64,000 bases of DNA, from positions 29,760,001 through 29,824,000 of the forward strand of contig NC_042999.1 of the NCBI RefSeq assembly GCF_006345805.1. The letters are read 5' to 3'. The translations under genes and the position numbers were made by a program. This document shows positions 12,591-25,139 of the stretch, piece by piece. The stretch comes from Octopus sinensis (Eukaryota). The stretch's first letter is position 1. Each line of letters starts with the position of its first letter. The notes beneath the pieces were generated by a model. The model did no database searches and was not told where the DNA came from. It was given only the letters and a program-made list of their open reading frames with translations.

Positions 12591-12773
12591 AATAACCTTA
12601 GCATTTGATTTTTCGATGTCCTTACCCCCAAACTTTTGTCAGTTGAATTTAGCAAACACTATATATGAGAGAGATTTCCTTTAAGTATTAGAAATAGCTT
12701 TAAAAAAGTTTTTTAGCTGCTATTTCTAATGAGTTCAGTATGCGGCAAAGTAATTTATTTTACTAAGCCCTTT

Positions 12774-12775
<2 letters not shown>
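12539..12775 (+). mobile_element. Short HHR-bearing PLE-tail-like insertion; a related 5'-truncated copy lies at ~13915-14112
   Basis: 12670-12770 aligns to 14010-14110 (…TTTRGCTGCTATTTCTA..AGTTCAGTATGYGGCAAAGTAATT.ATTTTACTAAGCCC). Both copies end in (TA)n. Confidence 0.6.
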
Positions 12776-12812
<37 letters not shown>

Positions 12813-13207
12813 CTTACACATATGTACATATACATACACGCATACATAACTCTACGTAACTACATATACCTAAACACACGAGCGTACACGTATATGTACA
12901 TATACACATACACATACACAAACATATATACATACATACATATAAATACACGCATATATACACATATATATATATATATATATACCTATATATATATATA
13001 TATATATACATATATATATACGTATACACACATACACACATATATACATACATATACATAGACACACATACACATACACACACATATATATATATATATA
13101 ATATATATAATATATACATACACATACATGTGTGCAAACATACATACATACTCATACACACTCACACACTTACATATACATATATACACACACTTACACA
13201 CACACAT

Positions 13208-13273
<66 letters not shown>

Positions 13274-13563
13274 TATACACACACATATATACACACATAC
13301 ACATATGTACACATACACACACATATTCACATATATATATACACACACACTTATATATATATATACATATACACACACATATATATATATACATACACAC
13401 ACACATATATATATATACCCACACCTACACATACACACATATATACATATATACATACATATACACACATACACACACACATATATGTACATACATGCAC
13501 ATACACATACATATACATATACATATACATATACACATGCACATACGTATAACTCTACCTACC

Positions 13564-13609
<46 letters not shown>

Positions 13610-13738
13610 TATATACATACACATATGTATATATACACACACATATATATACCCATCTACAATCTGTATATACACACACATACATGCACATACACATAAC
13701 TCTACATACCTACATATACATCGACATACTCGCGTACA

Positions 13739-13831
<93 letters not shown>

Positions 13832-14211
13832 ATACATATATGTACACACGCACATACATATACATATATATATACACACACACACACACATACACATACA
13901 TATATATATATATCAACAATTGAGGGTAAAGTTAATTAGTTATTAATCAATTTCACCAAGTATTCAGAATGTAAAAGGACCATTATTTTTTTGAGTAAAC
14001 ATTGTCTGAGAGAACATTTTCTTTAAGTAGTTGAAAAGGCTAAAAAACTTATTTGGCTGCTATTTCTAGAAAGTTCAGTATGTGGCAAAGTAATTGATTT
14101 TACTAAGCCCTAATTATATAATATTTTATATATACATACACATACATACACACATACATATACACATACATATGCATACACACACATATACATACATACA
14201 TATATATACAC

Positions 14212-14243
<32 letters not shown>

Positions 14244-14432
14244 TTTTACATACATACACACACACACACACATAATACATGCGTATATTCCTACTATACC
14301 CATACATTTCTATACATATATACGATACACATATACAAGCGTGCACATACAATATGTGAAAGGTCTTAGGAGAAAAGGTAGTCGGGGGTGCTACGGGAAC
14401 GGTGGGATTGGGCGGTTGTGGGTGGGGTGTCA

Positions 14433-16150
14433 TCAATCTGGTTGCCGGGTAGGTCTATAGTTCTTGTAGTTTGCATAATTCTTATGCATGCAATTTGGGG
14501 AGTGTTCTGAGATCTTGTTAAGGAGAGGGCCTTTGGCGAACAAGATCTCTAGGCTCTCCGAAATGCAAAGGTCGCAGCAGGTATGGCCTCCTGTGTACGA
14601 ACGCGCCTTCTGTAGTAGTTTCCACTTGGTCTTGAAGGGGATGGAGTTCCTTTTAAGGTACCAGATGTGGGCGGCGAGGGTAGTTTGGTTGGATTTTTTC
14701 CGGTCGCTGGAACAAGTGTCTGTGTGCGTACCAACGGGTCTTAAAGATGTTTGACGTCATTCCGATGTAGGATTTTCTTTTATCGTCAGGGCCTGATCTT
14801 ACCTCGCATGTATATACTAGGTCCCTCTGTAGGCAGTTGTTGTTGAGGGGGCAGGTGGTTTTATCAGGGCAGTTGCAATTGGTATCGGACGTTGGATGGG
14901 CCTCGGAAAAAGTAGATATGTTAAGTTTTTTCACATTGTTGTTGGCTAGGTTCCTGGCTAGATTGGGCGTGGTAGAGTAGGAGAGTCTAATAGTGTTCTT
15001 ATTTAGGATAGTGTAGTACTTATGTTGGGTGGGGAAGTGTTTCTGTAGGAGAGTGAAGAAGATTTTAGCTACAGGTGTAGCGACCTCACGGTTGAAGGGG
15101 GGGGTTGTACCAGCTAATGTATCTTCGTCTATTTTTCATGGGTTGGCGTGGGGCTATACAAGTATAGGTAATCTTATCATTAAAGCCACTGCGGGCCAGG
15201 GCCTCGTTGTAATAGTGGGCTGCGGCCTTAAAGATATCTTCCGTGGCGGACAGGCTAGAAATTCTAATTGAGACACTTTTTACTAGGTTATCTAATATAT
15301 TTTTGGGGTGGTTGGAATTAATATCTATATATCTAAGGGATTCATTTGGTTTGTGGTACGGGTAATAAAGTGAGGTTTTTAAGTCGAGGGTGACGTCAAG
15401 GAAGTTAGCTTTGGTTAAGTTGGATTCTAAGGTAATCCTAAGGCCTAAGTTTTTAAACAAGGTGTAAAGATTTTTCCGGAACCCATCCGTGGTCCTGGGG
15501 TTTATGTTGTGGAGGGCGAAAAGGCCGTCATCGCGGTAAAGACCACCGGAGAGGCCTGTGAATAGGGTTTTCAGCCTATGGAGGATGAAAAGGCCCACTA
15601 GGTCACTTATTTCAGCCGAGTCGCTAGCACCATGGGATCCGTCATGGAAAAGAAAAGTCTTACGTGCGTGGAGGATCACATCTTGCTCGGCCTCTGTGAT
15701 CGTGGAGGACCTCCTGGCGAAGTTAATCGCGTCGATCAGCAAGCTCTCCGATATGGAGGCGTAGTAATCCTCGATATCCAGTTGTAGGAATCGGGTGTTG
15801 CTTTTGTCAGGTAAATCCCGGAACCAGGTTATTGCCTCGGAGGTCCTATTCCAGAGTGGAAGGGGTGAAGCTTCAGGCATTTTTGGTAAAATCCTGTCCA
15901 GGATCTTCTTGCTGACGGATCCGATGTCAGACTAGGTTGGGTTAATCAGTCGGACCGACGGTTTATTTTCGAAATGGTCTTTGTGGACTTTCAGGGTGAA
16001 GTGTGGGGACTTCACCTTCAGGGGTTCACTTCGGTCATCGATTTTAAGGGAGGTGGCAATCTCTTTCCCGGCTAAGTTGGTTTCAGTTAGCGCTGTGTCG
16101 TCTACTTTCTTGTACTTAGCTGTGATGGCGTTATCAGCTAGTCTGTTGTA
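14433..16150 (-). pseudogene. PLE ORF: reverse transcriptase + C-terminal GIY-YIG endonuclease (Naiad-like, inferred), 5'-truncated and disrupted
   Basis: [15 protein letters not shown]; VRLINPT*SDIG; LQLDIEDYYASI (motif A); GASDSAEISDLVG; GGLYRDDGL (motif C); FLDVTLDL; YYPYHKP; SNHP; WYNPPF; CNCPDKTTCPLNNNCL; LVYTCEV...SYIGMTSNIFKTRWYAH; HIWYLK...CDLCISE...LLNK...CMH. Defects: a TAG at 15932-15934, +1 frameshifts in the C8 (~15100) and A6 (~14695) runs, and an internal deletion at ~15630. Confidence 0.92.
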
Positions 16151-16476
16151 GACATGAATCTGTAGGTACGCGTACGTATGTGTATATACGTGTATGTATG
16201 TAGATGTATGTATGTATGAATATAACGCGTGCGTGAGTGTATGTGTATGAGTGTACGAATGAGTGAGTGTGCGTGCTAATGAGTGTGCGTGCGTGAGTGA
16301 GTGCTTGTGCTCAAGTAGAAAGATAAAAGGGACTAGCTGTCGTAGCCAAGATGCTTGTGACCAGCGGTCAAATATAACAAAAGTAATAAATGAAGATAAT
16401 AAAATTAAAATTAGGGAATGGGTTTGTATTTGTATGTATATGTGTGTATGTGTAGGTATGAATAGGAACACATATG

Positions 16477-16532
<56 letters not shown>

Positions 16533-16675
16533 TGTGTATATGTATATATGAGTATATAGGTACTTGTGTGTTGTGTGTGCATGTGTGTATGTGGATTTGT
16601 GTGTGTATGTGTATGTGTGGTCGTGTGTGTGTATATATACATGTGTGTGTGTATATGTATATGCATGTATATGTG

Positions 16676-16715
<40 letters not shown>

Positions 16716-17116
16716 GATATATGTATGTATATGTATGTGTGTATATATATATATATATGGGTGTGTGTGTATGTATGTGTGTATGTATATGTGTGTGTGT
16801 GTGTGTATATATGTATACATATGTGTATAGGTATAAGTGAGAATTTCCTTATTTAGCTAAAACTCTATTCTTCTATATATTTTTTATTCCCTTTTTTATT
16901 CTTTTATTTATTCTTCTATCTAATTTACCACTGACTCCTTGACCACTCCCCCAAGTATGATTTTTTTGCGCTATGCCTACCCCCAAAAAGTCCCCCACCA
17001 CCACCCCTTTAAACCCGCCTAAATGTATAAATGCCAATACAATTCTTGTTAACTAGCTTCCTGAAGATTTCTCTTGAATGAAACAGTTCTAGTCCTGTAG
17101 AAGCTCCTTCTATATA

Positions 17117-17122
<6 letters not shown>
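16146..17122. repeat. Right arm of the ~1 kb inverted repeat, joined to the truncated PLE ORF
   Basis: The junction ...GATTCATGTCTACAA|CAGACTAGCTGAT shares TACAA with the ORF codons TAC AAC. This arm lacks the outermost 69 bp (4476-4544) of the left end. Confidence 0.95.
17055..17105 (+). ncRNA. Type I hammerhead ribozyme (inverted pLTR copy)
   Basis: Identical to the 4562-4612 HHR: AGCTTC CTGAAGA TTTCTCTTGAAT GAAA CAGTTCTAGTCCT GTA^GAAGCT, cleavage after 17099. Confidence 0.85.
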
Positions 17123-17162
<40 letters not shown>

Positions 17163-18306
17163 ATACATGACATATATACAATGCTCACTTGTATCTAATA
17201 TCATTGGCGCATCGTACCCCAACATTTACGCAAATGCTCGAAATACTACGTTTTTATAATAAAGCGCAATAGAAAATGACGCCGGTTCTTCAGATCCAAT
17301 CTACTTTTCACGCACTTTTCACACGTATTCGTATATATGTTTAAGTATGTATATATGTATGTATATGAGTACGTGAGTGTGCCTGTGTTCATATGTATGT
17401 ATAAATGCGTATTTATATCTCTACAATGAATACATTCTAAGTTGCTATCCGGTTTGCATCCAACTTAGCATACACACACACACACTCATTCACACATACA
17501 CACGTTCACACATGCACGCACACGCACGCGTACGCGCAAAACACACGTCATGTTTCTTCTTCTTATGAGCATGCATGTATTGAAGTGTCTACGTTAATAT
17601 TTCATATGATTATGACTGCAATTGCTCTTTTTTGTAATTGATCTTGTTTACATTACATTATTTCTTTTAAACGTGTAGATTCCCCATATTCAGGGAGAGA
17701 GAGATGATGGAGAGAGAGGAGGGAGAGAGAGCAAATGAAATAGGGAGAAAGTGCGAGTGCGTGTGTGATAGATAGCATCTGCTGCATGTTTTCAGACACT
17801 GGGTATCTTGCATAAACACGGAAAATCTCCGAATCATTTTGCAAATGTTTAGCCTCCTTCATAATTCTTTATTATGCCACCGTATTTATTCTTTTCAGTT
17901 CAAAGACAGCTACTGTTATCCTACGCACTTTTACTTTCTTCTATGGAATCTGACATGCCTGAATCCTTAGACATATTCACTCACCCTGTGGCACAGAACT
18001 TTATTGAATTTTCAAATTTTATTAACTGGTTTCAACCTACGCTGATTTATTTCTATCTTTCTCCAAGTAAAATACATTTACTGGTTCACATTTGTTCCTT
18101 CTTTTTTCTCGAAGAAATATCACTTGCCTACTGATCATATAAGCCTAATATTTTCTTTCAAATATTTGACGATTCGAAATATTACTTACTGGAGTACATT
18201 AAATGTAATTAGTAACCGAAGAAGAAACAAGTTCTTTGAGTTTCTATATCCCAGTTAACATATAAAATCATATATTTTTCTGAATATATCTCTTATATAT
18301 AAGGAA

Positions 18307-18703
18307 CTAGCAGTATCGCCCGGCGTTGCTCGGGTTTGTAACGGAAATAATTATATAAGCATTTTTAGAGAGTTATAGCCAAAAGATAGCAAAAAATGCA
18401 TTAAAATGGAAAAAAATGATGGTAATTTTTTTTAAAAAATCGTTGACTCATCTTAGACATGTTTAAAGAGTTACTTCCCTTATATAATAGCGAAAAAATG
18501 CATTAAAATGGAAAAAAAAATGATGGTAATTTTTTTTTAAATCGTAGACTCATCGTAGACGCGCGCTAATACCCACAAGGGCTCGATATGAATCACGACT
18601 ATAAGATACCCGGTTTTGGTTAAACTGCTCCGCAAAATGTGGGGGTAGTTAGGAATCTAAATCGTAGGAGACAGACACACAACTTCACTTTTATATATAA
18701 AGA
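18307..18703 (-). mobile_element. Non-autonomous Helitron (397 bp)
   Basis: Minus strand 5' A|TCTTTATATATAAAAGTG and 3' CCCGAGCAACGCCGGGCGATACTGCTAG|T. Has an internal ~60-bp duplication (18393-18450 / 18494-18555). Confidence 0.9.
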
Positions 18704-19092
18704 TTTGTACCACTATTACTATGTACATTAAAGAATTTCTTTACTTCTCTAAATATATCAAACGATGGTTCGCGTATATTTGCATTTACAACATTGTCTC
18801 ATGCGTACAGACACATTAACATATTTACAGGAACACAAAAACTATACATACAAACGTATATATTGAAGACATCTATCTAAATAGGATTTCAATCCCGTGT
18901 TTACATGAGCAAGATGAGACATGGATACGGAAGCGCGATGCAAAAAACATTATTACGAACACATGATTTAATTAGGTTACTTGAGAGATTTACATAAGGG
19001 CGATATGGGTGATAGTCTTTCGTGATAGCTCTAGAAAGCAGATTGATTGTATCTCCATCGATGAGAAATTTAAAGTTTCAGTAAAATATGCA

Positions 19093-19210
<118 letters not shown>

Positions 19211-19399
19211 ACAGACTGCAGATGTTACCATGTACCAGCGGTAGGCACATCACTATAGAGCAAAGAAGTCGAAGAGAGCAAGAACTATGGAGAAATTGGA
19301 TAATGGGCGACTCAATTAACTGTCGGCGGAGAGAGAAGATTTAATCAGCTGATTGATAACGCTGAAGTCATTACTTCGTAAATATTGAGGTGCACCTTA

Positions 19400-21700
19400 T
19401 TAGAAACAACCCAGGAGATTCTGCCAAAGAAAACGAATAAGATCGAACCTAAATGTATGACTGAGGAGAAACTTCCAATGATGAGTAAGACAGGAAATTC
19501 GAAACAAAGAATCGAAAGTGTAGAGGGGCCTAGGATAGTATGCTTAAATAAAAGTTAAGGTAGGCTAAACGGACTTTGCCGAATGGACAGTGTGAAGAAA
19601 CTGAAAGACAATTTGCTGTAGGATACATTAGAAAGCACGTTAAAAAGTAAATAGGTTTTGCGACAGCATTTCCGGGCGATAAAAATTCGGATGTATCAAA
19701 GCAAAGAATGGCGCTATGATGTTTGAGAAGATTGACAGTATATAGATTTATTTCGTGATGCGAAATAGATCTGACCTAGATTTCTTGATTCTAATGCGGG
19801 TCCAAAGTTTTTTTCCCAGCTGCATAACATCTACCCATGAAATTGGGGAGAAAAATCACTGCTGCTGGACCGGTCAAAATGGTCATGGAATCGGCAGAGT
19901 GACAGACGTAAGAATTGGAAACTCTTTGCACTCTGAAACAAATCAAAATTACGGATCATTATTGCTTCATTAGTCTCATGAGTCACGTTACAAATATAAT
20001 TTTGAGAATTTTACTCTTTCGAGCAAGACGCAGAGTAACACATCAGACTGAAATTAAACATTAAAGTTTGTAGGTACGTGGCATTTCGTCATACAAACAC
20101 AATATGCTATGAAATATACTAAATATTATCTGAGTCAGTACCACGTCCAAGAGTGTTTGTTACATTAATTTTAAGATCATTTCGACAGATATACCACAAC
20201 GTTTCGTATCGTGATGTAAATAAGCAATGAGATCGGAGACAAAAGTGAGTAATGTGTATATATATATGCCATACTTTGGGTGTTGCCCCGTCATCAGTAC
20301 CCATCTAACTCAGTTTCCTCTCCGATCACATCGTGGTAATAAAATATTGGATATACCAATTTATATATTAGACGTATTCCTGGCAATGGTATGTAAAAAT
20401 TAAAGGCTTTAAGGTACGTGGTACTTCGTTAAACGGCAGCTATATAAGCAATGTTTACATCTGACGTTCTCAACGCGAAATTTTGATGGAAAAATCAGTG
20501 ATGGTTATATGTTCTATAGAATATTCTTACAAACAACGTTAAAAACAATGCAGCAAGAACTGGTGACGCGGTGAGACGTTCTACTGATTTATAAAATCAT
20601 TTAGTATACCTCATAATATATTCTGATTCCATAACGAAGTGCCACGTACCTACAAACCTTTAATGTTTACATATCAGTTCCAGGAATGCGTTTCATATGT
20701 AAATAGGTGTATCCAATAACATAACAACGCTATACACCGTAGCAATATAAGCAATGTGTTCAGAGAGAGAAGTGAGTTGGATGGATGTTGATGAAAGGGC
20801 AACAACACCCAAAATATGGCATATACCCTCAATAGGCATTTTTGTCTCTGGTCTCATTTTGTGTTTACATCTGATGTCTCTATACGAAACATTATAGCAA
20901 AATCCGTGCTGGCTATAGTTTCTATAAAATATCTGTAGACACATCCTTAAGAATAATGGAATTCAACAATTTTGCTTTGCAAAGGGTGCAAGTATAAGGA
21001 ATGCAATTAACAGAGCGGGCGATGTAGTTCCAAAAGGACACCTCCATGTGTTTCATAGATTACACAGAATATTTCGATGAAATATGAAGTGAAATTCACA
21101 GGTAACGTTGATCTCTCTGTGTGAATGAACTCCGAATCTTGCATATATAGAAGTGGAAACAATAAGAGTGCGTAAAGCCGGATGAGAAGTGCCGTGAATA
21201 CACTAACATCTGTTGAGGGCGCAGGCAAATTTGTGTTACGTCACCAAATCTTAATTACTATATTGAATTAGGATAAAAGATGTAAAGAAGAAAAGCAATC
21301 TTTGAGTAGGGAGCCGAAACATCACAAAAATAAGATATGTAAATGACATAGAGTTATTTGCACAATCCGAAAAGGAACTTTTTCGAACAGGGGTTGTCAG
21401 CTGCTTCCCCTTGTTGGTCTGGCATCTACAGACTAGTTTCAGGTTACTTGTCCCTTATCAATGTAGAGCAGCCGAACCCAGCAGGCGTCGCTACTGAGCG
21501 TTTGTTCGAAGGATTAATTACCTAAAATTACCTAAAATTCAGTGGAATACATCCACTGGTTTATACTTCTGGAGTTAATGGTCCGAGGAAAAAGACGGGG
21601 CAAAGAAGACAGATTTTATGGTGATGACAACGAAGGGAAGCCCAACGTGCCGCATGATGAAAGTGAATGATCAAATCATACTTCAAATACATTGGAAATT
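19400..21700 (+). mobile_element. Decayed RTE-clade LINE ORF fragment, split by insertions (pieces ~19400-20045, ~20955-21385, ~21595-21700)
   Basis: ILPKKTNK..PK.MTEE; GCIKAKNGAMMFEK; AGPVKMVME; ISLMSHVTNIILRILLFRARRR; FCFAKGASIRNAI; ERAM.FQKD..MCFIDYT; RYVNDIELFAQSEKEL (YADD equivalent). Confidence 0.75.
20160..20960. repeat. Diverged foldback element (~270-330-bp arms) inserted in the RTE LINE
   Basis: 20170-20430 is an imperfect inverted copy of 20634-20945 (e.g. ATATGCCATACTTTGGGTGTTGCCC / GGGCAACAACACCCAAAATATGGCATAT). An extra copy of the inner motif TAAACATTAAAG(G)TTTGTAGGTACGTGGCA sits at 20055-20089. Confidence 0.65.
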
Positions 21701-22351
21701 TGATCAGAAAAGATCGAAGATGTATGAAGGAGTTCATAAAATCGGTTAGTGTGCGCGGTTCTGGGCGTATGTAATATAGAATGTTTGATAAAGGGAATCG
21801 TGTACATTTCTTTTATTAGGTGAAGCCTCGCGTTTATATATTGTTTCATCTTAGGAGGCATTTTCTGAAATTAATTTACAAACCAACTGTAACAATTTAA
21901 CAAACTGTTTTCTTACACTTGTCATTGAAATATTTTCTTCATTCGAGTAAACAATATCTTAACTGATATAAAGATAATTCGTTAGGCTGATTCAATTTCC
22001 AGCGAATGTATTTTGCAACGCATTGTGCATGTTTTGTACTTGGTAATCCACAAATTACATTAAGACATTTTACATTCATCACCGTTAATCAATGATCACG
22101 AAAATAATTTCCCCTTAAAACTCCAGGTTTTTAGTAATATTCACCAAATTTTTTTGTAGTTAACGCCATTTATCCCCGCTCAACGGCATCTAAAAAAATC
22201 AATGAAAATCTCATATTTCCGAAATGCATTACTGAAGCTAAGTGGTTCGATGCTGCTGCGAAATCTCATTAAAAATTAGGAGAATACACGAGTTGATGAT
22301 GAGCATCGTTGCACGGGCAAGAAAAAAGGTGGGGGATTGGGGAGTGCTCGG

Positions 22352-22390
<39 letters not shown>

Positions 22391-25139
22391 TGTATGTATG
22401 TACATATTCACGTGTCTTTCTGCTTATGAGTGGTTTTGTTCAAGATTATACATTTTATTGACAATCCACGATGAGCACTCAGAACAGTGTGGAACGACGC
22501 AAAGGTATATCAGTTTATTGCAGTAAGGAATTATAAATGAAAACGTGAATATCTTACTACTCTTCATCTGAAAACATTCTTCATCTTTCGACTATGTATG
22601 TTATTAATACACGTGAGGAAGTTGAGACATCGGTATATATCGAACATACTGTTTGTCTTTTCAAAACACAAAAGATTTTCAGACCAGATATTATGTCTGA
22701 ATCTACCAGAAAACTCTAGTATTAGAAATGTCCATATTTTGTTTTCTTTGGATTCTCAATGTTGTGATAGCTTCACTTGAAACGTTAATCTGGATTCAGC
22801 ATTAATCATCTAATATTTTCTTTGCTTACATGAGGTTAATTACCGGTAACTACAGCTGCTGCTGCATATAGTTGCTTACTTAGTAAGGGAGGGTGTGAGA
22901 AATAAGGAGCGACACTATGAGATGATATAGAAGGATAACATCTTTCTTAAGAGGAGAGTACCACTTCAGGATTTACATTCTATCTTTTGATTTTTGGCAT
23001 ATCTCAATATGTAAAAAAAAAGATGGTGCTTCCATATTTCCATAAAATCTATTTATTTGATATTTGTGTAATTTCAGAAGTTGTTCATAGCGCTATTTTG
23101 CGCCCACTCGATCAATGATACTACGACGTAACATGAAGAATTGAAATTAGTTAGGCTATATCATTCGAAAATTTTCAGTAGTAAACGACATCGATTTTCT
23201 TTTTCAATAGCGGGGGAAAATGTGGGAGAAGACTCAGACCAGAAAAGGGAAATATTCAGACATTTAAGTTTAGGATTATAATTAGACTTAAATAGGATCG
23301 ATTTATCTACATTCATTGTGTTTAACAGCGGAGAGACAACGGATTGGGAGAGACATATAATGATCAAATGATGGATAGTCTTATGTCCGTCTTAAATTTG
23401 CTTTAGAATTTTAGGCGTGTTACATATTGTCTTTTCCATTTTTTTCTCCTTCCAATACATTTTCTCAACAAACATAATACAATACATTGTTTATTCTTTT
23501 CGGGTGTGAATGTGGGATCATTGGTTTTATTTCTTTGTGTCTTATTTAATCTGGAGAACTTAGGTTTGTTATCGTATTTATTTTACCTCGCTATGGCACT
23601 TCGTCATCCGTTTTATAGATAACAATCGCAATTCAGCCAGTGTTTAACGTATGAGTGTTTACTTCTCTGGCAAATTCAGCTGCTGATATCTTATAGTTGT
23701 TTACGGAGTAAGAGAAACAGGGAAAGAGAGTGTCATTACGAAATGAAAGAGGCAATGCATCCCGGTGTTGCCCGGGTGTCATGATTTACAAATACAGTGT
23801 ATTAGTTTCTTAAGGGCAGAATCGACACAGGAAGAGTGTGAAGCAAATAACTCTTGTTCGTAAACATGTTTTTCGGTTATTTTGGGATGTACTATGCTGA
23901 AATTATTCACACCAAAAATATGTAGAATGGCACCTTAGATTTGAATGTAATCATAGCATTGCACCCAAAATGACATAGAGTTAGCAGTAAAGAATTGGAT
24001 GGCATATGAGGACGTAGAGGGACCCGTATTGCACAAAGGTACACGACTGTAATGCTTAGGCGGACTGCACACTTAAACATATGTTAAGTGAAGCCGACAA
24101 TGATCCTGGCTAGATTATCTTTACTCACTGTTGTAGAAAAAATCTTTCATTTTTATTCACACAGATTTGTATCATATGTTTGGAAATGCAAACGGCGTTA
24201 TGAACTGTATGTGTATATATACGGAACATAACATTTTCATTGCTATCCATTCTCTATTGAAATTCTTTGAGCTATTATGTCAACATATGTCTTTAAGTAA
24301 ATATTACAGAATTGAAATGCAAAAACAGTCATAGTAAGCGGAAACAAGACTCTTAAGACCCCGAATTCTCAAGTATAGGGGAATAACATGGGAACAATAT
24401 GCTATTTGGGAATCGTGAATACATTACTTAATGTCATATTTTCAACCAAATACTTTCAACGATCGTTCGACAAATTTCTTTTCATGGAACTATTTCTCTT
24501 AAAACATCAATTTGCTGATTTTACACTTTAGAATTTTGTGATTGTCCCTGTTAACACTTATTTTATGGGTCTCTACCGTTATAAACGTGTTGGTTCTTAT
24601 GATTCTATATTCAAACCTACTTAAAAGCAACAGGGTATAACGAAAGTAAGGTGCGCATAATTCACTATATATTGTTTAAATAGCCAATAATGTTATATTG
24701 AAATTTATCCATATTTATTTCCACGTTAGTTACATTTATATTTTTGGAACATTAATCCATAAAAATGCTCCATAATTTTATATAATGTTACGTATTTGGT
24801 AACGATATTTTATGGTCTGAATCATCAGTATTATGTTCTACAACAAAGTAGTAATATGACATTATATAAAACAATATATATGCATGATCATATAACATAG
24901 ATATCATATTCATGATGATCAGATATCAACTTAGAGATATTCATTGTTGAAGGAGGGTGACCCGATTCAGCATACCAGCTTCCTTTGTATAACTATCAGA
25001 AGATCATAATTTCGAATAAATTGAGATGTTAATGTAGGGTCAGCTGGACACCGTCTGTGAATTAAACATCACCATGACGCAATTCACACTACGAGAAATT
25101 TAGTAAGAGCACACCGCACTATTTCGCATTTGCGCAAGA

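Larger units (their letters stand above)
4476..17122 (-). mobile_element. 5'-truncated Penelope-like element with inverted terminal (pLTR-like) arms, containing nested insertions including a Helitron
   Basis: 4545-5633 and 16146-17122 are inverted copies of each other. The RT-GIY-YIG ORF is at 16150-14433 (-). The HHR at 4562-4612 is sense to the ORF and the one at 17055-17105 is antisense. Both outer ends are in (AT)n. The intervening microsatellite tracts (4850-6300, 12780-13910, 14120-14350) share the same CA-rich plus-strand polarity. Confidence 0.75.

Noticed and set aside
15932-15934. In-frame stop in the PLE ORF as possible selenocysteine recoding (reported for some Naiad PLEs)
   Set aside because: The codon is TAG at a conserved Lys position (NPTKSD), not TGA. 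This is a simple nonsense change.
4545-17122. Interpreting the 1-kb inverted arms as DNA-transposon TIRs (Polinton/foldback) or as a Helentron
   Set aside because: No DDE transposase/integrase, polB or TSD. The arms contain PLE-type HHRs, one arm is fused to a truncated RT ORF, and the Helitron has its own canonical TC/CTAG ends.
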